This document shows positions 6,972-17,970 of a DNA stretch of 38,442 nucleotides, in pieces; position 1 is the stretch's first letter; the number at the start of each line of letters is the position of its first letter. Origin of the DNA: Gammaproteobacteria bacterium. Its GTDB lineage: Bacteria > Pseudomonadota > Gammaproteobacteria > UBA4575. The notes under the pieces were generated by a model that had not been told where the DNA came from, did not search any database, and worked only from the letters and a program-made list of their open reading frames with translations. The stretch is taken from positions 1 through 38,442 of the forward strand of contig JANQKJ010000022.1 of the NCBI GenBank assembly GCA_028281205.1, in the 5' to 3' direction. The position numbers were made by a program, and so were the translations under genes.

Positions 6972-8516
6972 ATGGCTGCTGCAGAATTTGAAACACCAGA
7001 ATTAAGGGAATATCCCATTATTCCTAAGTTACAAAAAGGGACTATGGCACACAGCAAACCTTTTGTAGCTAAAGAACAGTTTCAAACACCGCTTGGATAT
7101 CCAGGAGAATTAGTCGATAACTGGAAACAAGTGGCGATAGATAAAATGGGTGAGCTCACAGAAAAGTATCGCTCATTACAAGTATTTTTAGATTCCTGTG
7201 TGAAGTGTGGTGCGTGTACTGATAAGTGTCATTACTATCTAGGTACTACCGACCCAAAAAATATGCCAGTCGCACGCCAGGACTTGTTCCGTAAAGTCTA
7301 TCGTCGTTACTACACACTGGCAGGCAAATTAGTACCAAAGCTAGTTGGTGCCGAAGATTTAACCGAGGAAGTGTTGGATGATTGGTACACCTACTTCCAT
7401 CAATGTTCACAATGTCGTCGCTGCTCTGTTTACTGCCCATACGGTATCGATACAGCTGAAATCTCAATGGCGGCACGTGAAGTCATGGATGCAGTAGGTA
7501 AGGGCCAAAAATACTGCAACGAAATTATTGGTAAGGCACAGACTTTAGGTAATAACCTTGGCCTGCCTGAGCCGGCATTAATCGACACACTTGAAGGTCT
7601 TGAAGAAGACATCGAAGATGAAACCGGTGTGCAGGTGAAAATGCCGCTCGATGTGAAAGGGGCTGAAGTATTGCTTATTACACCTTCGGCAGATTTTTTC
7701 GCCGAGCCTCATATTGATGGTTTGATTGGTTATGCGAAAGTTTTCCATGAGGCAGGTATTTCATGGACCATGAGTTCATATGCAAGTGAAGCAGCAAACT
7801 TCGGTATGTTTATCGGTAGTTATGAAAACATGCAGAAACTTGCTTTGCGTATTCGTAAAGCTGCGATTGACCTGGGTGTTAAACGCATAGTGTTTGGTGA
7901 ATGTGGACATGCATGGCGTGTTGCTTACAGTTTTCTTAATACCTTGGCAGGCCCATTCGATTTCTTGGATTCAAATTATCCTGTGCCACAGCATATATGC
8001 GAAGTTACGCACGGACTCATTCAGGAAGGTAAAATTAAATTAGATAAGTCAGAGAATGATCATATGACTCTGACTTACCACGATTCATGTAATGTTGCAC
8101 GCGCATCACGTATGGGTGATACCGCGGGGGGGCAATTCACTATACCACGCGACATTATTAAAGCATGCTGTAATAACTTTTACGATATGCCGGAGTATTC
8201 AATTAAAGAAGGCACCTACTGCTGTGGCGGAGGAGGAGGCCTGCTGACAGACGATTTAATTGAACTGCGTGTTAAAGGCGCGATGCCACGCATGCAAGCA
8301 CTTAAACATGTTACAGAGAATAATGGTGTAACTCATATGGCAGCAATTTGTGCCATATGTAAGAGCCAGTTCTCTAAAGTATTTCCATACTATGACTTTA
8401 CGATGGATCAGATTGTTAGTGTCCATCAGCTAGTCAGTAATGCCATTGTTTTAACTGGTCAAAATGATGGTAAAAGTGATGAAGAAGATTCAACAGACGC
8501 TGAACAAGCAGCTTAA
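6972..8516 (+). CDS. dsrK: Fe-S protein DsrK (HdrD-like, CCG domain)
   Basis: 514 aa. Two 4Fe-4S motifs (CVKCGACTDKC, CSQCRRCSVYCP) and CCG-domain cysteines (YHDSCN ... YCCGGGGG). Confidence 0.9.
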   Translation: MAAAEFETPELREYPIIPKLQKGTMAHSKPFVAKEQFQTPLGYPGELVDNWKQVAIDKMGELTEKYRSLQVFLDSCVKCGACTDKCHYYLGTTDPKNMPVARQDLFRKVYRRYYTLAGKLVPKLVGAEDLTEEVLDDWYTYFHQCSQCRRCSVYCPYGIDTAEISMAAREVMDAVGKGQKYCNEIIGKAQTLGNNLGLPEPALIDTLEGLEEDIEDETGVQVKMPLDVKGAEVLLITPSADFFAEPHIDGLIGYAKVFHEAGISWTMSSYASEAANFGMFIGSYENMQKLALRIRKAAIDLGVKRIVFGECGHAWRVAYSFLNTLAGPFDFLDSNYPVPQHICEVTHGLIQEGKIKLDKSENDHMTLTYHDSCNVARASRMGDTAGGQFTIPRDIIKACCNNFYDMPEYSIKEGTYCCGGGGGLLTDDLIELRVKGAMPRMQALKHVTENNGVTHMAAICAICKSQFSKVFPYYDFTMDQIVSVHQLVSNAIVLTGQNDGKSDEEDSTDAEQAA

Positions 8517-8554
8517 CTAAATTTTAAACGGATAGTGTAACTAGGAGCAAAGTT

Positions 8555-10507
8555 ATGGCTACATCAAAGGATGACATGTCTTACAAACTTACGTTTCGCA
8601 AGTTTGATGATGGTGACCACCTATGGGGTAATTTTGGTGATCAAATTTTCGAAGGTGATGAATCACATAAGTGTCCTACTTACGTGCATCGTACACCACC
8701 CTGTCAGGGTAGCTGTCCTTCAGGTGAAGATATTCGCGGCTGGTTGGATATTGTTAGAGGAATAGAGAAACCACCTGAAGGTGTCACAATGCAGGAGTAT
8801 GCATTCCGTCGCTCCACGGATGCTAATCCTTTTCCATCGATGATGGGCCGGGTTTGTCCTGCGCCTTGCCAGGAAGGTTGTAACCGCAATCATGTAGAAG
8901 ATTTTGTTGGCATCAACTCAGTCGAGCAATATATCGGCGATACAGCGACAAAAGAAGGCTTTAAGTATCAGGCCCCTGCTAATTTAAGCGGTAAGCGTGT
9001 TGCAATAATTGGTGGTGGTCCCGCAGGTCTGTCGGCAGCTTATCAACTACGTCGTAAAGGCCATGCCAGTATAATCTTTGATGATCATGATGAATTGGGA
9101 GGTATGTTTAAATATGGCATTCCTGGTTACCGTACACCGCGTGATTTTCTGGATGCTGAAATTCAACGTATCTTAGATATGGGTGATATTGAAGTGCGTC
9201 TAAATACACGTGTTGGTCGTGACATATCAGTTGCAGATATAGAGAAAGAATTTGATGCCATCGTATGGGCGCTAGGTTGCCAATCTGGACGCGGTTTGCC
9301 TGTGCCTAACGGTGACGCACCCAATTGTGTCGCTGGAGTTAAATTTTTAGAGGCGTTTAATAAAGGCATTTTGAAAGTCACTGCGGACCGCGTGGTATGT
9401 GTCGGTGGTGGTGATACCTCAATTGACGTGGTTTCGGTTGCACGTCGCTTGGGTAAGATTCCAACACTCGACAAAAAAGAAGCGCCTGAGTATGTGATTG
9501 GCGGTTACGTTGCTCATGATGCTGCTTATGCCGCTGCACGTGAAGGTGCGGAAGTGACATTGACCTCACTGTTTGAGCGCGAAGAAATGACAGCGGCTGA
9601 GCATGAAGTGCATGATGCGCTTCATGAAGGTGTACGTATTGATAATGGTGTGATGCCAATAGAAGTCATTGTTAACGATGAAGGGCGTGCGACCGCGTTA
9701 CGTATGGCGAAATGTGAAATGAAAGATGGGCGTCCTACACCTGTTGAAGGGACTGAATATGACATCGAGTGCGATTTAATTGTTTCTGCAATTGGTCAAG
9801 GTGGAGACTTGGATGGGCTTGAAGATTTTGATAATGGCCGTGGATTAATTGATGCTGACAAGCATTATCAAGTGCCAGGCAAAGAGGGCCACTTTGTGTG
9901 TGGTGATATTATTCGTCCACACTTGTTAACAACAGCGATTGGACAAGCATCCATTTGTGCCGATAGTGTTGATTTGTATCTAAATAACAAAGAATATGAA
10001 AAACGTCCTAAAGTCGATGTACATCACTTTAGTCTGCTGGAAAAATTACAAGAAACTGGATTAGACCCTGAAGATTACACTGTAGGTGAAACACGTGGTT
10101 CTGATGAAGCTTCTTTCTCAGTACATAACTATGAAGATCGTTCTGCGCAAGAAATTATTTCTGCAGATCGCCTATTCTTAGCACACTTCGAGTATACACC
10201 ACGCGTATTGAGAGATTCTGTTGTGCCTAGCTCCGAAGAAGTACTTGGGCATTTTGAAGAGCGCATGATTGGTCTTACTGAAGAGCAGGCTGTTGAAGAA
10301 GCGGGCCGTTGTATGAGCTGTGGTATGTGTTTCGAGTGTGATAACTGTGTTGTGTACTGTCCTCAAGATGCTGTGTTCCGAGTCAAGAAAGATAAATCTA
10401 CAACTGGTCGTTACGTAGATACAAATTATAATAAGTGTATTGGTTGTCATATTTGTGCTGATGTGTGTCCTACAGGGTACATTGATATGGCGCTTGGCGA
10501 CCACTAA
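8555..10507 (+). CDS. dsrL: Fe-S flavoprotein DsrL (GltD-like NAD(P)H oxidoreductase with C-terminal ferredoxin domain)
   Basis: 650 aa. Dinucleotide-binding folds (VAIIGGGPAGLSAA, VCVGGGDTSIDV). C-terminal 2x[4Fe-4S] domain (CMSCGMCFECDNCVVYCP, CIGCHICADVCP). Position is between dsrK and dsrJ. Confidence 0.9.
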   Translation: MATSKDDMSYKLTFRKFDDGDHLWGNFGDQIFEGDESHKCPTYVHRTPPCQGSCPSGEDIRGWLDIVRGIEKPPEGVTMQEYAFRRSTDANPFPSMMGRVCPAPCQEGCNRNHVEDFVGINSVEQYIGDTATKEGFKYQAPANLSGKRVAIIGGGPAGLSAAYQLRRKGHASIIFDDHDELGGMFKYGIPGYRTPRDFLDAEIQRILDMGDIEVRLNTRVGRDISVADIEKEFDAIVWALGCQSGRGLPVPNGDAPNCVAGVKFLEAFNKGILKVTADRVVCVGGGDTSIDVVSVARRLGKIPTLDKKEAPEYVIGGYVAHDAAYAAAREGAEVTLTSLFEREEMTAAEHEVHDALHEGVRIDNGVMPIEVIVNDEGRATALRMAKCEMKDGRPTPVEGTEYDIECDLIVSAIGQGGDLDGLEDFDNGRGLIDADKHYQVPGKEGHFVCGDIIRPHLLTTAIGQASICADSVDLYLNNKEYEKRPKVDVHHFSLLEKLQETGLDPEDYTVGETRGSDEASFSVHNYEDRSAQEIISADRLFLAHFEYTPRVLRDSVVPSSEEVLGHFEERMIGLTEEQAVEEAGRCMSCGMCFECDNCVVYCPQDAVFRVKKDKSTTGRYVDTNYNKCIGCHICADVCPTGYIDMALGDH

Positions 10508-10630
10508 TCACGCAGGCTGCAAACGTCGATTACGTTATTAAAAACGAACTCGAAATACTCACTTATTATTTTATAAGCTCCGTTTTCTTGTTCGTTTTTG
10601 CCGTGTACTCAACGTTTTCGCAGAGCGTGA
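10508..10630. repeat. nested inverted repeats in the 200-nt dsrL-dsrJ spacer (structured RNA/DNA element)
   Basis: Inner perfect 10-bp arms aaaaacgaac (10540-10549) and gttcgttttt (10590-10599). Outer imperfect arms are 10508-10526 and 10612-10630 (tcacgc/gcgtga, ctgc/gcag, aaacgt/acgttt, with bulges). A small cttat...ataag hairpin sits in the centre. Confidence 0.4.
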
Positions 10631-10707
10631 GATAAGTCGAAAATAATTACTAAGTAGAGTTATTCCCGCGAAAGTTGGGATCTAGAAAAATGATAAATTA
10701 GAAGAAT

Positions 10708-11214
10708 ATGATTGGAGTCACTCGTATTAACGTTCTATGGAATGTTTCAATAGCGCTGTTGTTATTTTTTTTGAGCGCACCATTGATCGCTGACGGCAGT
10801 AAAGTCCCGCCGCCCAAAGGTGACCAGTGTGTTGAAGATCCAGAGTGGATGCGTGTTAAACACTTCGAGACTGTGTTACATCAGCGTGATGAAACAGTAA
10901 TAAGAGGTATTCGTACTGAAAAGCATAGTTTAAAAAATTGTATTGAATGTCATATCACACCTAATGCCAATGGCGACTATGCGCGTTATTCAAATAGCGA
11001 AGAGCATTTTTGCGCAAGCTGTCATACTTATGCAGCTGTAGCTATAGATTGTTTTCAATGTCATGCTGACCGCCCTGAATCTGCTATACGCGAGGCGCTT
11101 AAGCGCCAACAGGCAGACGGAACTGATCCACATCAAGGCTTACAGATGAGTGCTAATGACTTAATATTAAAATCCAATTTACAATCAAATCTATCATCGG
11201 CACAGTCAAAATGA
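10708..11214 (+). CDS. dsrJ: periplasmic trihaem cytochrome c DsrJ
   Basis: 168 aa, N-terminal signal/anchor. Three CxxCH motifs (CIECH, CASCH, CFQCH) plus an upstream conserved Cys (GDQCVED), consistent with the His/Cys-ligated haem known for DsrJ. Confidence 0.9.
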   Translation: MIGVTRINVLWNVSIALLLFFLSAPLIADGSKVPPPKGDQCVEDPEWMRVKHFETVLHQRDETVIRGIRTEKHSLKNCIECHITPNANGDYARYSNSEEHFCASCHTYAAVAIDCFQCHADRPESAIREALKRQQADGTDPHQGLQMSANDLILKSNLQSNLSSAQSK

Positions 11215-12005
11215 ATAAAGTAGTTACTAAAGCTTATCAATTACTAAGGCAGCCAAAAGCAAAAGTTGAGCAAGAGATAGATCAAAGCAAGCGTTCTTTT
11301 GTTGGTGGTTTGGTAGGTGCGTCAGGGCTAGCCATAGCGCCTGGGGTCATGTTGTATGAAACGGCCAGCGCAAAGCCTGCAGACCAGCCAGTTACAAATG
11401 CAGTTCGATGGGGAATGTTAGTTAATGTTAATCAATGTACGGAAGATTGCAATGCTTGTGTGACTGCGTGTAATGATGAACATGGTCTATGGCCTGAAGA
11501 AGGTTCCACAACCGATTCTCAGTGGATAAGAAAACTAACTGTTAAAGATCCAACAACTAATCACAGCAAGTCATTTCCTGTTATGTGTCAACACTGTGAA
11601 CACCCTCCATGTGTGGATGTATGCCCAACACGCGCTTCATTTAAGCGTGAAGATGGTATTGTGCTAGTGAATATGCACACATGTATTGGTTGTCGATATT
11701 GCATGATGGCATGCCCATATAAAGCGCGTTCATTTGTACATGAGGTCTTAGAAAATCAACTGCCAAGCACTCCACGAGGTAAAGGCTGTGTTGATTCATG
11801 CAATATGTGTGTGCACAAAGTGGATGCTGGTGAAAATACCACGGCATGTGCCGAGGCGTGCGCCACAGATGGACATCAAGCCATAGTATTTGGTGACCTT
11901 AATGATCCTGAAAGTGAAATTTCAAAGAGTCTAAGAGATTTTGGTGGCACCCAAATCCGCGCTGATCTTGGCTTAAACACCGGCGTCAGATATCAAGGCA
12001 TATAA
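11211..12005 (+). CDS. dsrO: periplasmic 4x[4Fe-4S] ferredoxin DsrO (NrfC/PsrB-like)
   Basis: 264 aa, ATGA overlap with dsrJ. Tat-like signal (SKRSFVGGLVGASGLAIAPG). Four Cys clusters (CTEDCNACVTAC, CQHCEHPPCVDVCP, CIGCRYCMMACP, CNMCVHK...CAEAC). Confidence 0.9.
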   Translation: MNKVVTKAYQLLRQPKAKVEQEIDQSKRSFVGGLVGASGLAIAPGVMLYETASAKPADQPVTNAVRWGMLVNVNQCTEDCNACVTACNDEHGLWPEEGSTTDSQWIRKLTVKDPTTNHSKSFPVMCQHCEHPPCVDVCPTRASFKREDGIVLVNMHTCIGCRYCMMACPYKARSFVHEVLENQLPSTPRGKGCVDSCNMCVHKVDAGENTTACAEACATDGHQAIVFGDLNDPESEISKSLRDFGGTQIRADLGLNTGVRYQGI

Positions 12006-12009
12006 TACG

Positions 12010-13215
12010 ATGGAAACAGTTAGATACAGCTCTATAGCAGCAAACTCAGCGAAATTTTGGGCATTACTTATTGGTTTGGGTTCAATCACGCTTATTGGTT
12101 TATTGTCTGCGCATCACATGGAAGTAGAAGGCCACATTATTTCGGGTATGAATAATCAAATCGTATGGGGCTTGCCACATGTATTTGCAATTTTCCTGAT
12201 TGTCGCTGCTTCTGGTGCGCTTAATGTGGCATCAATCGCTTCTGTGTTTGGCAAAGTTGAATACAAACCCCTGGCACGCTTATCGGCCTTACTGGCATTG
12301 GCTTTGTTGGCAGGTGGTTTAGCAGTATTGGTGCTTGATCTTGGTCGGCCAGATCGTCTCATAGTAGCGATGACGGTTTATAATTTTAAGTCGATCTTTG
12401 CGTGGAATATCTTTTTATATACTGGCTTCTTCGTCATTGTTGGTATCTATCTATGGTGGATGATGGATTACAGCATGCAGAAGTATAGTAAGAAAGCTGG
12501 TTTAGTTGCATTTATCTGGCGTGTAATTCTGACTACAGGTACTGGCTCAATTTTTGGTTTCCTGGTCGCACGCAGTGCCTATGACACAGCTATGTTAGCG
12601 CCTATGTTTATTATTATGTCGTTTGCCTTTGGTATGGCGTTCTACATCTTGGTTTTGCTTGCTGCCTACTCATGGACTAATCGTCCGTTAGGCGATTTTA
12701 TTCTGAATAAGCTGCGTAGCTTGCTCGGGGTTTTTATCGCCAGCATTATGTATTTCGTAGTGGTTTATCATTTAACAAATTTATATGCCACAGAGCACCA
12801 TCAAGTTCAGAAGTTCTTGTTGCTTGAAGGTGGTTCATACACCGCTATGTTTTGGATAGGCCAAGTGATTATTGGGGGCTTGATACCATTGGCACTGATA
12901 TATATGCCACAAACTAAAAACTGTCGTAAAACACTGGTAGCAGTTTGTACTATGGTAATTCTAGGTGGTTTGGCTCAAGTCTACGTGATAGTTATTGGTG
13001 GTCAGGCGTTTCCACTTGAGTTATTCCCTGGTATGGAAATAAGCAGTTCATTTTTTGATGGTCAGGTAATTCAATATATACCGAGTATTTGGGAAATTCT
13101 GCTTGGTATTGCAGGTGTTGCCATTGCTTTGTTGCTAGTTACTGTCGGAGTTGCTGTGCTTGATTTTCTGCCTGATAGTCTGTCAGATAAAATTACAGCT
13201 GAAATTAAAAAATAA
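12010..13215 (+). CDS. dsrP: integral membrane quinone-interacting subunit DsrP (NrfD/PsrC family)
   Basis: 401 aa, about ten hydrophobic segments. Follows dsrO by 4 nt. Last gene of the dsrMKJOP module. Confidence 0.9.
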   Translation: METVRYSSIAANSAKFWALLIGLGSITLIGLLSAHHMEVEGHIISGMNNQIVWGLPHVFAIFLIVAASGALNVASIASVFGKVEYKPLARLSALLALALLAGGLAVLVLDLGRPDRLIVAMTVYNFKSIFAWNIFLYTGFFVIVGIYLWWMMDYSMQKYSKKAGLVAFIWRVILTTGTGSIFGFLVARSAYDTAMLAPMFIIMSFAFGMAFYILVLLAAYSWTNRPLGDFILNKLRSLLGVFIASIMYFVVVYHLTNLYATEHHQVQKFLLLEGGSYTAMFWIGQVIIGGLIPLALIYMPQTKNCRKTLVAVCTMVILGGLAQVYVIVIGGQAFPLELFPGMEISSSFFDGQVIQYIPSIWEILLGIAGVAIALLLVTVGVAVLDFLPDSLSDKITAEIKK

Positions 13216-13426
13216 CCCTTAAAAATAACCCCAAGATCGCTAGGCAATTAAAATTGAAAAATTTGCCGCGATAATTCTATGTGAAGCTAATCACACTTTT
13301 GCATTTATCAGTTAAAGAAATCTATTCACTGCCGAAAACCTTGCTGTCACGCCGTAATCTAGACTGATGTCTAGTTCGAGTGAGTTATCCTAAAATTAAT
13401 AAAATATTATTATTCGGAGGCAATCC

Positions 13427-13657
13427 ATGCATGTGGAAATGAGTCTTGATGCCGAGGCAGTAGAATCACCACCCGAGAGCGATGTTAAACCTACAGACAC
13501 ACAGACTATTTCCGGTAGTCAAGTGGCAGCAGCGTTTGCGCGTATCGAAAAGAGTGATAAAGAAAATAAATCTGGCACCATGCAGACACTGGTAATTTCA
13601 GTTGCAGCAGTACTGTCGGTAGTTTCTTTGTATTTAATATTCGTATTAGTGTTGTAA
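13427..13657 (+). CDS. small tail-anchored membrane protein (76 aa), unassigned
   Basis: GGAGG (13416-13420) lies 6 nt before the ATG. The N-terminal half is acidic and low-complexity. A single hydrophobic helix (LVISVAAVLSVVSLYLIFVLVL) forms the extreme C-terminus. No family recognised. Confidence 0.5.
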   Translation: MHVEMSLDAEAVESPPESDVKPTDTQTISGSQVAAAFARIEKSDKENKSGTMQTLVISVAAVLSVVSLYLIFVLVL

Positions 13658-13694
13658 ACTATTACCAGTTAAGTTGAATTTTGGACGGGTAATT

Positions 13695-15678
<1,984 letters not shown>

Positions 15679-16029
15679 TTAAGTTTCCATAAAGGCATTC
15701 GTTATCCACTCAATTTCATGCTCAGCTGACATTGCCACAACATCAAAGCGGGTAGCAAGAGAGCAAGTATGCGTTTGCAAGTAATGATTGGCAGCAAATA
15801 TTAGTTTTCTTCTTTTATTGTGGTCGATAGACTCAGCAGCATCGCCAAATTTACTTGATTTTCGATAACGTACTTCAATAAATACCAAAGTATCACTATC
15901 TTGCATGATTAAGTCTATTTCTCCAAATTTGCAATGATAGTTTCTGGCTACAGTAGATAAACCATTTTTTAGCAAGAAATTGCATGCTACATCTTCAGCT
16001 TTTTTCCCTTTTAAACGACTTGTAGACAT
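15679..16029 (-). CDS. yraN: YraN-family (UPF0102) endonuclease-like protein
   Basis: 116 aa. GEIDLIM...LVFIEVRYR core typical of the YraN/UPF0102 family. Position is between lpoA and diaA. Confidence 0.85.
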   Translation of the reverse strand: MSTSRLKGKKAEDVACNFLLKNGLSTVARNYHCKFGEIDLIMQDSDTLVFIEVRYRKSSKFGDAAESIDHNKRRKLIFAANHYLQTHTCSLATRFDVVAMSAEHEIEWITNAFMET

Positions 16030-16044
16030 ATATATGCGGAATAA

Positions 16045-17928
16045 TTATTCCGTGAACTGTGGGAGAAGTGTTGGCTTGCCATTAATGAATTGCGCCCAAT
16101 TCAGCTCGCGGAAGATTTTATTATTTTGCACAACTTTAAGTTTGCCTGTTAAGCCGTTATAGCGTTCATATGGCAATGCAGCTAGCTCAGCAAGTTTGGT
16201 TGGCAAGTAATAGGCATCAATACCTAAGGCAGCAAACCTTGGTAGTAACTGATAACTATTGCCAGCCTCGAGTTCAAGTAATTCTTGCAATATTTGGTGG
16301 TCGGCTGTGGGTTTAAGTAGCCAAGGAATATCACAATACAATACGCCATTAATATCGCGATCGCGTGAGACATTTTCAATGCCAGAGAATACATGCGAGG
16401 TACTGTAAACAGGCAAATCAGTAGCATAGTAATAATTAATCTGTGGGCGCAGAATCCGTGCTGTGCGTGGTGAAGCGACCATGAATACCATGTCAACGTC
16501 TTGCCTGCGGCGTGGCTCGAATTCTAGATTTTGTCCAAGAGTAGAACGCAATTGTCGATAACGTGCTTCACTGAGATCAAGTTGTAATGCTGTTTTTAAA
16601 GGTACGGAGAAATCTGTGTTATTGGATGCATAAAACTGTATGTCTAATACAATACCATTTAATTCTTCAAAACGTGATTGAAATGCATAAGCTAAGCGTT
16701 CACCCCATTCACTTGCCGGGCTCAGAATGACAGCGCTGAATTGTTCGTCTAATGACGCACGCTCAGCAACTTGAATCGCTTCATCTTCTGGCAGTAAACC
16801 AAATTGAAATAAATTACTATGTGATTGTATTTGATCAGCAATGTAATTTAAGGTTAATACTGGAACGGGTAACTCTGGCTGCTGGGTAAGGACTTCAACC
16901 GCTTCCTTTTTTAGCGGACCAATAATAAAGTCGGCACCATCATCAACTGCGCGTTGATAGTGATACAAAATATCTGCAGGATTATCGCCAGTGTCATATA
17001 AATTTAGACTGGGTGCATATTGCTGATCTGTATGCAATTCACGGGCTGACTGAATGCCGGCATGGATTACTTCAGCAATTTTTGCATAGCGGCCAGTCAT
17101 TGGCAGCAGCAAAGCAATATTATCTGGAATAGCAAAATAATTTTGAAAACTTTCCAGGATAGACGTGAGTAAATTGTCGGATGCAGGATGATTTGGATAA
17201 GTGTTGCGCCAGGTGTTAAGCGCATAATCAAGCTGGTCTATACTTGAATACGGTGCACGCTTAGTTTGAGCTAATGCAATCCAGCCGGTTAATTCTGGGT
17301 TCTGTTGTTGATTCCATTTAACAAGTTGTTCATCGCGCGCAAGGGCTAATAGACGCCAAATTTCATTTTGATTATGTGCGATTTGTGTATGTTCCTCGAG
17401 ATGGCGCGAAAGTTCAGTTCTGCTGAGTAAGCTCGATAGAATGTCACCCATTCCACTAAATGCTTGTGCGCGTAGTTCCAGTACCGCGGCAATGTGTTCC
17501 GGTGCCCTTGTTGTGAGAGACATAGGGAGCAATGACATTACCACATTAAATTGTTCTTGTTGAATAGCAATACTCGACTGAGCGATGCGCTTGCGTGGGA
17601 TTAATTCAAAAGTCAAATTTTGTTCGTTAATTAAATTCAAGTACTGTTGGGATAAATCAAATTGATTTGCCTGAATCAGTAACTCAGCAGCCTGTAGCTG
17701 GAATTCTTCTTTCTGTGGACTGGTTTCAGTTTGGGCAACTTGCCAGTAAATCTCAGCGGCTTTTTGTAATTGGCCTTGTTTAGCTAAGCGGTCTGCTTTG
17801 CGGATTTCAGTATTTGCGGGTTCAGTGTCAGTCTTGGTTTGTATATTGGTGCCACAACTAATTACAGCGGTACCAACCAGAAGTATTAGCAGACATTGTG
17901 CTAAGGTGTAAATAATTTTGTTATTCAT
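16045..17928 (-). CDS. lpoA: penicillin-binding protein activator lipoprotein LpoA
   Basis: 627 aa. Signal peptide with a lipobox (AVISC). TPR-like N-terminal domain and a periplasmic-binding-protein-like C-terminal domain. Divergent from rsmI, as in E. coli and Pseudomonas. Confidence 0.8.
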   Translation of the reverse strand: MNNKIIYTLAQCLLILLVGTAVISCGTNIQTKTDTEPANTEIRKADRLAKQGQLQKAAEIYWQVAQTETSPQKEEFQLQAAELLIQANQFDLSQQYLNLINEQNLTFELIPRKRIAQSSIAIQQEQFNVVMSLLPMSLTTRAPEHIAAVLELRAQAFSGMGDILSSLLSRTELSRHLEEHTQIAHNQNEIWRLLALARDEQLVKWNQQQNPELTGWIALAQTKRAPYSSIDQLDYALNTWRNTYPNHPASDNLLTSILESFQNYFAIPDNIALLLPMTGRYAKIAEVIHAGIQSARELHTDQQYAPSLNLYDTGDNPADILYHYQRAVDDGADFIIGPLKKEAVEVLTQQPELPVPVLTLNYIADQIQSHSNLFQFGLLPEDEAIQVAERASLDEQFSAVILSPASEWGERLAYAFQSRFEELNGIVLDIQFYASNNTDFSVPLKTALQLDLSEARYRQLRSTLGQNLEFEPRRRQDVDMVFMVASPRTARILRPQINYYYATDLPVYSTSHVFSGIENVSRDRDINGVLYCDIPWLLKPTADHQILQELLELEAGNSYQLLPRFAALGIDAYYLPTKLAELAALPYERYNGLTGKLKVVQNNKIFRELNWAQFINGKPTLLPQFTE

Positions 17929-17970
17929 GAATGTATAAATTTATTTTCTTAAATTATCGAGATAAATATC

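Noticed and set aside
9163-9659. 103-aa and 93-aa minus-strand ORFs inside dsrL, and a 108-aa ORF at 10178-10504
   Set aside because: These are antisense to the conserved flavin and ferredoxin domains of dsrL. Their compositions (His/Arg/Thr-rich) are typical of antisense translation of Gly/Val/Cys-rich coding sequence.
10508-10630. Interpretation of the dsrL-dsrJ nested inverted repeat as a mobile MITE/REP element
   Set aside because: I found no second copy elsewhere in the 38-kb window and no obvious target-site duplication. It is kept as a structured-spacer finding and not called a mobile element. A genome-wide copy count would be needed.
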